This document shows, in pieces, positions 1 through 8,203 of a stretch of DNA of 61,305 bases. Under the pieces are notes generated by a model. It saw only the letters and a program-made list of their open reading frames with translations, made no database searches and had not been told where the DNA came from. How positions within the stretch are numbered: position 1 is the stretch's first letter; every line of letters starts with the position of its first letter. The position numbers and the translations under genes are program-made. The stretch is from Capsulimonadales bacterium (GTDB lineage: Bacteria; Armatimonadota; Armatimonadia; Armatimonadales; Armatimonadaceae). The stretch is from the NCBI GenBank assembly GCA_033762295.1, contig JANRLW010000034.1, forward strand, positions 1-61,305. The letters are read 5' to 3'.

Positions 1-141
1 GAGATGGTGATGCCGGGGGACAACGTGACGATCACGGCGGAGTTGATCGCTCCGATCGCGATGGAGGAAGGTCTTCGATTTGCGATTCGTGAGGGCGGTC
101 ACACGGTCGGGGCCGGAGTCGTCGCCAAGATCGTGGCGTAA
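1..141 (+). CDS. tuf: Elongation factor Tu, C-terminal fragment (runs off left edge)
   Basis: Frame 1 reads [46 protein letters not shown], the canonical EF-Tu C-terminus; lies upstream of rpsJ. Confidence 0.97.
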   Translation, partial: EMVMPGDNVTITAELIAPIAMEEGLRFAIREGGHTVGAGVVAKIVA

Positions 142-153
142 TCATTTATCAGG

Positions 154-185
154 AAGCGGGGAGTCGCCTGGCGACGCCCCGCTTT
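154..185 (+). terminator. Hairpin after tuf (weak intrinsic terminator or processing stem)
   Basis: AAGCGGGG-A-GTCGC-CTG-GCGAC-G-CCCCGCTTT inverted repeat with short U tail. Confidence 0.5.
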
Positions 186-247
186 CGGTCTGTCGGGGAG
201 TCGTCAGCGGAACGCGTTCGATGGCAGACTGTTAGAGAAACGAAACC

Positions 248-556
248 ATGCGAAAAGAAAAAGTCAGAATACGCCTTCGTGCGTTCGATCATCGAGTTTT
301 GGACCAGAGTGCGGAAAAGATCGTGGAAACCGTCCGTCGGACGGGTGCGCGCATCTCCGGACCGGTGCTGCTGCCGACCGAAAAGCAGATCTATGCCGTT
401 CAGCGGAACGCCACCGTTGACAAGGAGTCGATGGAACATTTCGAAATGCGGACGCACAAGCGTCTGATCGACATTCTGTCCCCGGGACCGAAGACCATCG
501 ATGCACTGATGCGCCTGGACCTGCCGTCCGGCGTGGACATTGAAATCAAACTGTAA
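248..556 (+). CDS. rpsJ: 30S ribosomal protein S10
   Basis: [42 protein letters not shown] motifs. Confidence 0.98.
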   Translation: MRKEKVRIRLRAFDHRVLDQSAEKIVETVRRTGARISGPVLLPTEKQIYAVQRNATVDKESMEHFEMRTHKRLIDILSPGPKTIDALMRLDLPSGVDIEIKL

Positions 557-693
557 TCGCGATCATCGCGGCGGTCATCCGCCGGAGCGATGGAAGCGAT
601 CGGATCCTATCGAGATCGATTAGAGATCAAACCCGCGACACGCAAGGAGTCCCTTCGCCGGACTCCCCAGGTGCGCCGACGGAGAAGTAAGAA

Positions 694-1368
694 ATGGTAC
701 GTGGAATTCTGGGCAAGAAGATCGGCATGACGCAGATCTTCGATGCCGAAGGCAAAGTCGTTCCGGTCACGGTGCTCGCCGTGGAACCGAACGTCGTCTC
801 TCAGGTAAAGACCGTGGATCGGGACGGCTATTCCGCCGTCCAGCTGGCGTTCGAGGATATCGCGGTCCGCAAACTGACCCGACCCGAGCAGGGCCACCTG
901 GCGAAGGCGGGAGTTCAGCCGAAGCGGTATCTGCGCGAGGTGAAGATTCAGGAAGGCCAGTCGCCGAGCGTCGGCGATGAGATCAAGGCGGATATCTTCG
1001 CGGTCGGCGAGAAGGTCCAGGTGACGGGAACCAGCAAGGGAAAGGGCTTTGCGGGTGTCGTCAAACGTTACCACTTCCACGGCGCGGACATGACCCACGG
1101 TTCCATGATCCACCGCAAGCCGCAGTCGTCCGGCTCCACCGACGCCGCCCGAACGTTCAAGGGGACGAAGAAACCGGGCCACATGGGCCATGAGACGGTG
1201 ACGCAGCAGGGTCTGCGGGTGGTTCAGGTCGACCTCGAGCGCAACCTTCTGCTGCTCAGAGGGGCGGTTCCGGGGCCGAACGGCGGAATGCTGATCGTTA
1301 CCAAGGCGCATCGCGCCGAGAAGGTCAAGGTTCGCCAGGAAGAGAAGCGCTCTTCCAAGAAGAAGTAA
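694..1368 (+). CDS. rplC: 50S ribosomal protein L3
   Basis: [32 protein letters not shown] motifs; operon position. Confidence 0.98.
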   Translation: MVRGILGKKIGMTQIFDAEGKVVPVTVLAVEPNVVSQVKTVDRDGYSAVQLAFEDIAVRKLTRPEQGHLAKAGVQPKRYLREVKIQEGQSPSVGDEIKADIFAVGEKVQVTGTSKGKGFAGVVKRYHFHGADMTHGSMIHRKPQSSGSTDAARTFKGTKKPGHMGHETVTQQGLRVVQVDLERNLLLLRGAVPGPNGGMLIVTKAHRAEKVKVRQEEKRSSKKK

Positions 1369-1645
1369 CAGGAAGTAATCGAAGTAAGCCCGGCGCGTTT
1401 CGCGTTCGGCTTCCGGGAGGTCGGAGTATTCCGGCCTCCCCGCAGTGTCCGCCGCAGGCGGGCCTGCTTTCCGGTTTCGGCGTCGAACCGTCGGTTCGCC
1501 CGGTGCCGGATGTCGTACAGGGCGGGTCCCTGTCTGCGGGCAGCCTCTTCTGCTCGCGCCCGTGCGAAGGCCATGTCCTCAGCCACCTCCCGGTGGCGTT
1601 GCGGCTGAAATATACGGGCATTGTCTAGATGTTTGGAGAAAAACT

Positions 1646-2353
1646 ATGCCTACTGTGGCGATAAAAACGAAGGGCGGCGGAACAGCCGGCGAAATCGCCC
1701 TGTCCGACCGGGTGTTCGGCGCGAAGCGCAACATCCCGTTGATGTGGCAGGCCGTCCGAACGGAACTGGAAAACTGGCGGCAGGACACGCGCAATGCGCC
1801 CGGCCGTGGCGAAATGCTGGGCGGCGGCAAGAAGCCGTTTCGCCAGAAGGGAACCGGTCGGTCCCGGCAGGGATCGATGGTCGCGCCGCACTGGCGCAAG
1901 GGCGGCGCGGCGCACGGTCCGCATCCGCGCGATCTGAGCATGAGCCTGCCCAAGAAGATGCGCTGGGCCGCGCTGCGCTCCGCGCTCTCGGCAAAGCTGG
2001 CCGACAACGAACTGGTCATCGTCGATGCGCTTCCGACCATCGAAAGCCCGTCCACCAAAGCGATGGCGGCGTTCCTGAACGAGATCGTCCCGACCGCGAA
2101 GAAGTCGCTGGTCGTGGTCGAGGAGCACAATGAAACGCTGTGGCTTTCGCTGCGAAACCTGCCGAACGTCACGGTACGGGTTGCCCCGGCGTTTTCGACC
2201 CGCGATGTCATCGATGGCGGCATCATCGTCATGACCCGGGCCGCCGCCGAGAAGGTGGATGCGCAGTGGAATGACGGCAAAGGGACCGCCGGAGCGGCGG
2301 AAAACATCGAAGCCGGCGAGACCGCGGAAACCGAAGAGGGAGGAGCGGAATAA
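1646..2353 (+). CDS. rplD: 50S ribosomal protein L4 (start moved to MPTV at 1646; acidic C-terminal tail)
   Basis: GGGKKPFRQKGTGRSRQGS, PKKMRWAALRSALS; GGAG Shine-Dalgarno before ATG 1646. Confidence 0.96.
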   Translation: MPTVAIKTKGGGTAGEIALSDRVFGAKRNIPLMWQAVRTELENWRQDTRNAPGRGEMLGGGKKPFRQKGTGRSRQGSMVAPHWRKGGAAHGPHPRDLSMSLPKKMRWAALRSALSAKLADNELVIVDALPTIESPSTKAMAAFLNEIVPTAKKSLVVVEEHNETLWLSLRNLPNVTVRVAPAFSTRDVIDGGIIVMTRAAAEKVDAQWNDGKGTAGAAENIEAGETAETEEGGAE

Positions 2354-2670
2354 TGCTGGATCGTTATCGGATCATTGAGCGTCCGGTCATCACCGAAAAG
2401 GCCCTGGCCGTCAACGGACAGCGCCGGTATGTTTTTCTGGTCCATCCCGAAGCCAACAAGATTCAGATCCGGGATGCGGTTCAGGCCCTTTTCACCACGC
2501 CCGAAGGCGAACCGATCGTCGTCACCGATGTGAACACGATCCGGACGAAAGGCAAGATGAAACGGTTCCGCGCGGTGCGCCGTGTCACCGTCGGGAAGAC
2601 CGCGACGACCAAAAAAGCCATCATCACCGTCGCGGAAGGCCAGAGCATCCAGCTCTTTGAAGGCGTATAA
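2353..2670 (+). CDS. rplW: 50S ribosomal protein L23
   Basis: [27 protein letters not shown]. Confidence 0.96.
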   Translation: MLDRYRIIERPVITEKALAVNGQRRYVFLVHPEANKIQIRDAVQALFTTPEGEPIVVTDVNTIRTKGKMKRFRAVRRVTVGKTATTKKAIITVAEGQSIQLFEGV

Positions 2671-2684
2671 GGAGCGGAGAAACC

Positions 2685-3518
2685 ATGCCCATTCGACAAT
2701 TCAAACCCACTTCGCCGGGACGCCGTTTCATGGCCATCCCGACGTACTCGGAAATCACCAAGGGGAAGCCGGAAAAGAGCCTGCTCGAACCGCTCAAGAA
2801 GACGGGTGGTCGTAATAATCAGGGACGCCTGACCGTGCGCAACCATGGTGGCGGCAACAAGATCATGTACCGCCTGATCGACTTCAAGCGGAACAAGGAC
2901 GGGGTCCCCGCCCAGGTGATCGGGATCGAGTACGATCCGAACCGGACCGCGCGCATCGCGCTTCTGCAGTATCGGGACGGCGAAAAACGATATATTCTGG
3001 CTCCGGTCGGCCTCTCGGTCGGCGACACGGTGACCAGCGGCGATGGTTCCGACATCAAGCCGGGCTGCACGCTCGCGCTGAAGGATATCCCCGTCGGCAC
3101 GCTGATTCACAATATCGAACTGCACCCCGGAAAGGGCGGACAACTGGTCCGGTCGGCGGGGGCGGGCGCGCAGCTGATGGGGAAGGGCGAGGACAAGTAC
3201 GCACTCCTTCGACTGCCGTCCGGCGAAATGCGGCGCGTTCTGTCCGTCTGCCGTGCGACTATCGGTCAGGTCGGCAACCTGGAGCATGAGAACGAATCGC
3301 TCGGCAAGGCGGGCAAGAACCGCTGGAAGGGGGTCCGTCCCCACACCCGTGGCGTCGTCATGAACCCGCGCGAGCATCCGCACGGAGGAGGCGAAGGCAA
3401 GTCTCCGGTCGGGCGCAAGAAGGGGCCTGTCTCGCAGACCGGCGTTCCCGCGCTCGGTTTCAAGACCCGGCGCAACAAGTCGACCGACAAGTTTATCGTC
3501 AAGCGGCGCAATAAGTAA
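2685..3518 (+). CDS. rplB: 50S ribosomal protein L2
   Basis: [39 protein letters not shown]. Confidence 0.99.
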   Translation: MPIRQFKPTSPGRRFMAIPTYSEITKGKPEKSLLEPLKKTGGRNNQGRLTVRNHGGGNKIMYRLIDFKRNKDGVPAQVIGIEYDPNRTARIALLQYRDGEKRYILAPVGLSVGDTVTSGDGSDIKPGCTLALKDIPVGTLIHNIELHPGKGGQLVRSAGAGAQLMGKGEDKYALLRLPSGEMRRVLSVCRATIGQVGNLEHENESLGKAGKNRWKGVRPHTRGVVMNPREHPHGGGEGKSPVGRKKGPVSQTGVPALGFKTRRNKSTDKFIVKRRNK

Positions 3519-3548
3519 GCGCGTTCAAGGAATACGAGGAGTTAAGTT

Positions 3549-3836
3549 ATGTCACGCTCTTTGAAGAAGGGACCGTTCGCGGAACCCAAGCTCTTAGAGA
3601 AGATCGAAGAGATGAACGCGAAGGGTGAAAAACGCATCGTCAAAACCTGGTCGCGCCGCTCCACGATCTTCCCGCAGTTCATCGGGCACACCCTGGCCGT
3701 CCATGACGGACGCAAGCATGTCCCGGTGTTTATCACCGAAAACATGGTGGGTCACAAGCTGGGCGAGTTCGCTCTGACCCGCACCTTCAAGGGCCACGCC
3801 GGCGGCACCGGTCAGTCCTCGAAGGTTCGAAAGTAA
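3549..3836 (+). CDS. rpsS: 30S ribosomal protein S19
   Basis: [28 protein letters not shown]. Confidence 0.99.
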   Translation: MSRSLKKGPFAEPKLLEKIEEMNAKGEKRIVKTWSRRSTIFPQFIGHTLAVHDGRKHVPVFITENMVGHKLGEFALTRTFKGHAGGTGQSSKVRK

Positions 3837-3852
3837 GGAAGGCCGGTAACCG

Positions 3853-4341
3853 ATGGAAGCAAGAGCTACGGCCAAGTTCGTCCGGATGGCCCCGCGCAAG
3901 GTGCGGCTGGTCATGGATGCGATCCGCGGCAAATATGCGCAGGAGGCGCTGGATATCCTCCGCTTCACGCCCAATCATGCCGCCGATGAGATCGCCAACG
4001 TGATCAAATCCGCGATGGCGAACGCCGTCACCAACCATGCGATGGAAGGGGATTATCTGAAAGTCGCCCGCTGCTGGGTCGATGGCGGCCCGACCATGAA
4101 GCGGATGCAGCCCCGCGCTCAGGGACGCGCCTACCGCATCCTGAAGCGTACGAGCCACATCACCGTCGTGCTGGAGGAGGGGGTCGAACCGCCGACCACC
4201 CGGCCGCGCGAACTGGAGATCAAGCGCAAGGCGAAGAATCGCCCGCCGCTTCGCGCCGCTCTGAAGACGCCGGAACTCGCTCCGGTCGCGGTCGCGCCGG
4301 TCGAGGAGAGTGTGGCCACGGAGGCGGCAGCCGCCGAATAA
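3853..4341 (+). CDS. rplV: 50S ribosomal protein L22 with C-terminal extension
   Basis: [30 protein letters not shown], then ~50 extra residues. Confidence 0.97.
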   Translation: MEARATAKFVRMAPRKVRLVMDAIRGKYAQEALDILRFTPNHAADEIANVIKSAMANAVTNHAMEGDYLKVARCWVDGGPTMKRMQPRAQGRAYRILKRTSHITVVLEEGVEPPTTRPRELEIKRKAKNRPPLRAALKTPELAPVAVAPVEESVATEAAAAE

Positions 4342-4349
4342 GGAAAACT

Positions 4350-5267
4350 ATGGGACAAAAAATTCACCCGATCGGGTTCCGCATCGGCGTTATCCGCGAT
4401 CCCGACAGCAAGTGGTACGCCGACAAGCAGTACTCCCGCTTCGTGCTGGAGGACTACAAGATTCGCCAGACCGTCAAGAAGCGCAAGGGCTGGGACAGCG
4501 CGGCGATCTCCAAGGTCGAGATCGAGCGACAGGCGAACGTCGTCAAGGTGACCCTGCACACGGCCAAGCCCGGCATCATCATCGGGCGTGGCGGCGCGGG
4601 CGTCGACGAACTGAAAAAGGACCTGGAAAAACTGACCGCCAAGCAGGTGCATGTCAACGTCCAGGAGATCCGTCACTTCGAGACCAACGCGCAACTGGTC
4701 GCCGAGTCGATCGCGCAGCAGATCGAAAAACGTATCTCGCACAAGCGAGCGATGCGTCAGGCCGTCACCCGTGCGCAGAAACTGGGCGTCCGCGGCATCC
4801 GTTGCGCCGTCTCCGGACGGTTGGGCGGCGCGGAAATGGCCCGTCGCGAACTGGACCGCTGGGGCAAGATTCCGCTCCAGACCCTGCGCGCCGACATCGA
4901 TTACGGGTTTGCCCAGGCAATCACCCAGTACAGCACGATCGGCGTCAAGGTCTGGATCTACAAGGGCGATATTTTGCCCGGCGCTCGCAAGCCGGTCGAG
5001 GCCCCGGCTCCGCAGCAGCGTGATCGCAGCGATCGTCGGGATCGTCGGGATCGCGACCGGGATCGTGGCGACCGGGGTGACCGGGGCGGTCGCGGCGGTG
5101 ATCGCGGCGGTCGCGGCGGTTATGGCGGCGGTCGCGGCGGCGGTGGCGGCGGTGGTCGCAGCGGTGGCGGCGGTGGTGATCGCGGCGGCGGCGGTGGTGG
5201 TGATCGCGGCGGTTTCGGTCAGTTCACCGGCGGCGGCAGCTTTACTACGTCAACGGAAGGAACCTAA
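4350..5267 (+). CDS. rpsC: 30S ribosomal protein S3 with long RD/RGG-rich tail
   Basis: [55 protein letters not shown]. Confidence 0.98.
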   Translation: MGQKIHPIGFRIGVIRDPDSKWYADKQYSRFVLEDYKIRQTVKKRKGWDSAAISKVEIERQANVVKVTLHTAKPGIIIGRGGAGVDELKKDLEKLTAKQVHVNVQEIRHFETNAQLVAESIAQQIEKRISHKRAMRQAVTRAQKLGVRGIRCAVSGRLGGAEMARRELDRWGKIPLQTLRADIDYGFAQAITQYSTIGVKVWIYKGDILPGARKPVEAPAPQQRDRSDRRDRRDRDRDRGDRGDRGGRGGDRGGRGGYGGGRGGGGGGGRSGGGGGDRGGGGGGDRGGFGQFTGGGSFTTSTEGT

Positions 5268-5270
5268 CCG

Positions 5271-5855
5271 ATGCCCCTTTTATCTCCCAAACGCGTTAAG
5301 TATCGTCGTATGCACCGTGGACACCGGCGCGGCACCGCTTCCGGCGGCACCCGTCTGAATTTCGGCGAGTACGGCCTGGTCGCGCTGGAATCGTGCTGGA
5401 TGACCGCGAATCAAATCGAGGCGGCCCGTATCGCCATCACCCGTAAGATCCGGCGCGGCGGTAAGGTCTGGATCCGTGTCTTCCCGGATAAGTCCTACAC
5501 CAAAAAGCCGGCCGAGACCCGCATGGGTTCCGGTAAAGGCGCGCCGGAGGGCTGGGTGGCGGTCATCAAGCCGGGCCGTATCCTTTTCGAAATGAACGGT
5601 GTGGCGGAGGAGCTGGCCAAGGAAGCGATGCGTCTCGCCAGCCATAAGCTGCCGATCAAGACCAAATTCATCACCCGCCGCGACGAGGCGACTCTGACCG
5701 CAAAGGTCGCCACCGACGAGGACGAGCAGATCGCCGGACGGGTCGGATCGCAGGTGGTGCCCGACGCGCCGGAACAGGCGCCGCAGGTGCCCGCCGACGA
5801 TGCCACCGTGCAGGAAAATGATTCCCGGACGCAGGCGGAAGGGCAGAATCCGTAA
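5271..5855 (+). CDS. rplP: 50S ribosomal protein L16 with acidic C-terminal extension
   Basis: [43 protein letters not shown]. Confidence 0.98.
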   Translation: MPLLSPKRVKYRRMHRGHRRGTASGGTRLNFGEYGLVALESCWMTANQIEAARIAITRKIRRGGKVWIRVFPDKSYTKKPAETRMGSGKGAPEGWVAVIKPGRILFEMNGVAEELAKEAMRLASHKLPIKTKFITRRDEATLTAKVATDEDEQIAGRVGSQVVPDAPEQAPQVPADDATVQENDSRTQAEGQNP

Positions 5856-5866
5856 GGAGCAAGAGA

Positions 5867-6097
5867 ATGTCGAATAACAAGCAGGCGAAACAGGAGCGCT
5901 CCGAGTTCGGGGAACTGGATGTTGCCACCCTGAAGGAACGTCTGGAGAACGAGCAGAAAGCGCTCTGGAAGCTGAAATTCGATCTGGGCAAGCGACAATT
6001 GCAGGATACGGCGGAAATCAGCAATACCAGAAAGCGAATTGCGCGCATCCACACCTATCTGCGCCAGCTGGAGCTGAAGCAGGAGGCAGGGACGTAA
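5867..6097 (+). CDS. rpmC: 50S ribosomal protein L29
   Basis: [26 protein letters not shown]; lies between rplP and rpsQ. Confidence 0.92.
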   Translation: MSNNKQAKQERSEFGELDVATLKERLENEQKALWKLKFDLGKRQLQDTAEISNTRKRIARIHTYLRQLELKQEAGT

Positions 6098-6099
6098 AC

Positions 6100-6414
6100 A
6101 TGGCAGACATGGCAGAAATGGTGGAAACGGAAGTGATGGAAGAAACGGCCGCCACGGCGGTCGAGCGCGGACGACGCAAGACCCGGGTCGGGGTCGTCTC
6201 CTCCAGCAAGATGGAAAAGACGATCGTGGTTTCCGTACAGACGCTGAAACAGCATCCTCTGTACGGACGAACGGTCAAGCGAACGACCCGATTTAAGGCG
6301 CATGACCCGAATAACGAGTGCGGTGAAGGCGATACCGTGGAGATTATGGAATGCCGTCCGATCTCCCGCGAGAAGAACTGGCGTCTGGTCCGCATCGTCG
6401 AACGGGCGAAATAG
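6100..6414 (+). CDS. rpsQ: 30S ribosomal protein S17 (start uncertain, several Mets)
   Basis: [41 protein letters not shown]. Confidence 0.97.
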   Translation: MADMAEMVETEVMEETAATAVERGRRKTRVGVVSSSKMEKTIVVSVQTLKQHPLYGRTVKRTTRFKAHDPNNECGEGDTVEIMECRPISREKNWRLVRIVERAK

Positions 6415-6561
6415 GAGAGAGGATGTCGGATACCGGCCACCCGGCACCCGGGGCCGCTACCTGACACCCGAATCTGCGTCGCCGGGCGGCGGATAGTCGA
6501 CGGCGATAAGCGATGGGGGGTCCGTTCTCGGATCGCCGCCTCGCTGGAACAGGAACCGAAA

Positions 6562-6939
6562 ATGATTCAGCAGTATACCCGCCTGCGGGCGGCAGACAAT
6601 AGCGGCGCGCGCGTGCTTCTGTGTATGCGCGTCCGCAAAGGCTCGATGACCCGGTACGGGCAGGTGGGCGACGTGATCGTGGCCGCGGTCAAATCCGCGA
6701 CCCCCGGCGCGGCAGTCAAGAAGGGCGATGTCGTCAAGGCGGTCATCGTTCGCACCAAGCAGCCGATCAAGCGGTCGGACGGGTCGACCCTGCGTTTCGA
6801 TGAGAACGCCGCCGTCGTCCTCAACAACAACCTGGAACCGCGCGGAACCCGCGTCTTCGGACCGATCGCCCGCGAACTGCGCGAGTCCAATGTGTCCGGG
6901 GGAATGAAGATCATTTCGCTGGCGCCGGAGGTGATCTAA
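6562..6939 (+). CDS. rplN: 50S ribosomal protein L14
   Basis: [46 protein letters not shown]. Confidence 0.99.
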   Translation: MIQQYTRLRAADNSGARVLLCMRVRKGSMTRYGQVGDVIVAAVKSATPGAAVKKGDVVKAVIVRTKQPIKRSDGSTLRFDENAAVVLNNNLEPRGTRVFGPIARELRESNVSGGMKIISLAPEVI

Positions 6940-7310
6940 TGAAAAAGGAACCGATTCCCTTCCCCGGCAAGATGTTTATCAAGACCGGCGATGAGGTGAT
7001 CATTATCTCCGGCAAGGACAAGGGCCGGACCGGACGGGTCACCCGCGTCTATCCGAAGACCGGTAAAGTGGTCGTCGAGGGGCTGAATATCGTCGTCAAG
7101 CACGTCAAGGCCCAGCCGACCCAGAGCAACCCGAATCCGGAGAGCGGGCGCATCGAGCAGTCCGCGCCGATCCTCGCCTGCAAGGTCGCCCTGGTCAACC
7201 ATGAAGGTAAGCCGACCCGGATTCGAATGCGAATCAACGACGACGGCACCAAGACGCGGATCGCCGTCAAGGGCGGTCAGCCGATCCCCGAACCGGAACG
7301 CCAACGCTAG
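6939..7310 (+). CDS. rplX: 50S ribosomal protein L24
   Basis: KOW motif [30 protein letters not shown]. Confidence 0.97.
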   Translation: MKKEPIPFPGKMFIKTGDEVIIISGKDKGRTGRVTRVYPKTGKVVVEGLNIVVKHVKAQPTQSNPNPESGRIEQSAPILACKVALVNHEGKPTRIRMRINDDGTKTRIAVKGGQPIPEPERQR

Positions 7311-7396
7311 GAACCCGGAAACGTACTACGCCAGTCCCGCCTTTCCGGCGGGTGCAGCCCCGGTCGGAAATCGGGGCGAACGAAGGAGAAGGAACT

Positions 7397-8044
7397 ATGG
7401 CTCGAAAAGAGAAACAGGCGCCCGCCGAGGTCATCGAACTGCCCGATGACTATGTGCCGCGTCTGAAGACCATGTATCAGAACGAAGTCATTCCGGCCCT
7501 GATGAAGCAGTTCAATTACAGCAACATCATGCAGGTGCCGAAGCTCGAGAAGGTCGTGATCAATATGGGCGTCGGTCAGGCCGGACAGACCGGCGGCGAC
7601 CCCAAACTGCTGGATAACGCCATTCGCGACCTGCAATCGATCACCGGTCAGAAGCCGGTCGTCACCCGGGCCAAGAAAAGCATTGCGAACTTCCGTCTTC
7701 GGGAAGGCGCGCGCATCGGATGCAAAGTAACCCTGCGCGGCGCACGAATGTACGAGTTCCTCGACCGGTTGATGAATATCACCCTGCCCCGTGTTCGTGA
7801 CTTCCAGGGGGTGAATCCGAACGCGTTCGACGGTCGCGGCAACTATGCTCTCGGCATGAAGGAGCAGTTGACCTTCCCGGAGATCGTTTACGATAAAATC
7901 GACAAGATCCGGGGTATGGATATCATCATTGTCACGACCGCGGACAAGGACGAGGAAGCTCGCTACCTGTTGCACACGCTCGGCATGCCGTTCCGCGCCA
8001 CCGGTCAGACCGGTAATCGCGGTGCGACCCGCCTGCAACTGTAA
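7397..8044 (+). CDS. rplE: 50S ribosomal protein L5 (start MARK at 7397)
   Basis: [53 protein letters not shown] upstream. Confidence 0.98.
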   Translation: MARKEKQAPAEVIELPDDYVPRLKTMYQNEVIPALMKQFNYSNIMQVPKLEKVVINMGVGQAGQTGGDPKLLDNAIRDLQSITGQKPVVTRAKKSIANFRLREGARIGCKVTLRGARMYEFLDRLMNITLPRVRDFQGVNPNAFDGRGNYALGMKEQLTFPEIVYDKIDKIRGMDIIIVTTADKDEEARYLLHTLGMPFRATGQTGNRGATRLQL

Positions 8045-8068
8045 TCGTCTTTCGAAGATCGATCGCCG

Positions 8069-8102
8069 GAGCGCCCCCGAACGGGGGCGCTCTTTTCGTT
8101 TT
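8069..8102 (+). terminator. Rho-independent terminator ending the ribosomal protein cluster
   Basis: GAGCGCCCCC-GAAC-GGGGGCGCTC followed by TTTTCGTTTT. Confidence 0.85.
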
Positions 8103-8115
8103 CGCGGACATCCGA

Positions 8116-8144
8116 TTGAAGGGTTTTCATTTTTCGTCTATGAT
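8116..8144 (+). promoter_or_regulatory. Sigma70-like promoter for the 958-aa gene
   Basis: TTGAAG-N17-TATGAT, about 60 nt before AAGGAG/ATG 8204. Confidence 0.6.
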
Positions 8145-8203
8145 AGGGGCGGTGTCAACACGGGCGGCGTCCCTGCGCGCCTCCGGAGACGAAGGAGAGA
8201 TTC

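Noticed and set aside
1445..1645. 67-aa N-terminal extension of L4
   Set aside because: No RBS at the GTG, atypical composition, and a good RBS at ATG 1646; treated as non-coding.
5020..5235. GGC/GGT-rich repeats as an independent repeat element
   Set aside because: Fully explained by the coding Gly/Arg tail of S3.
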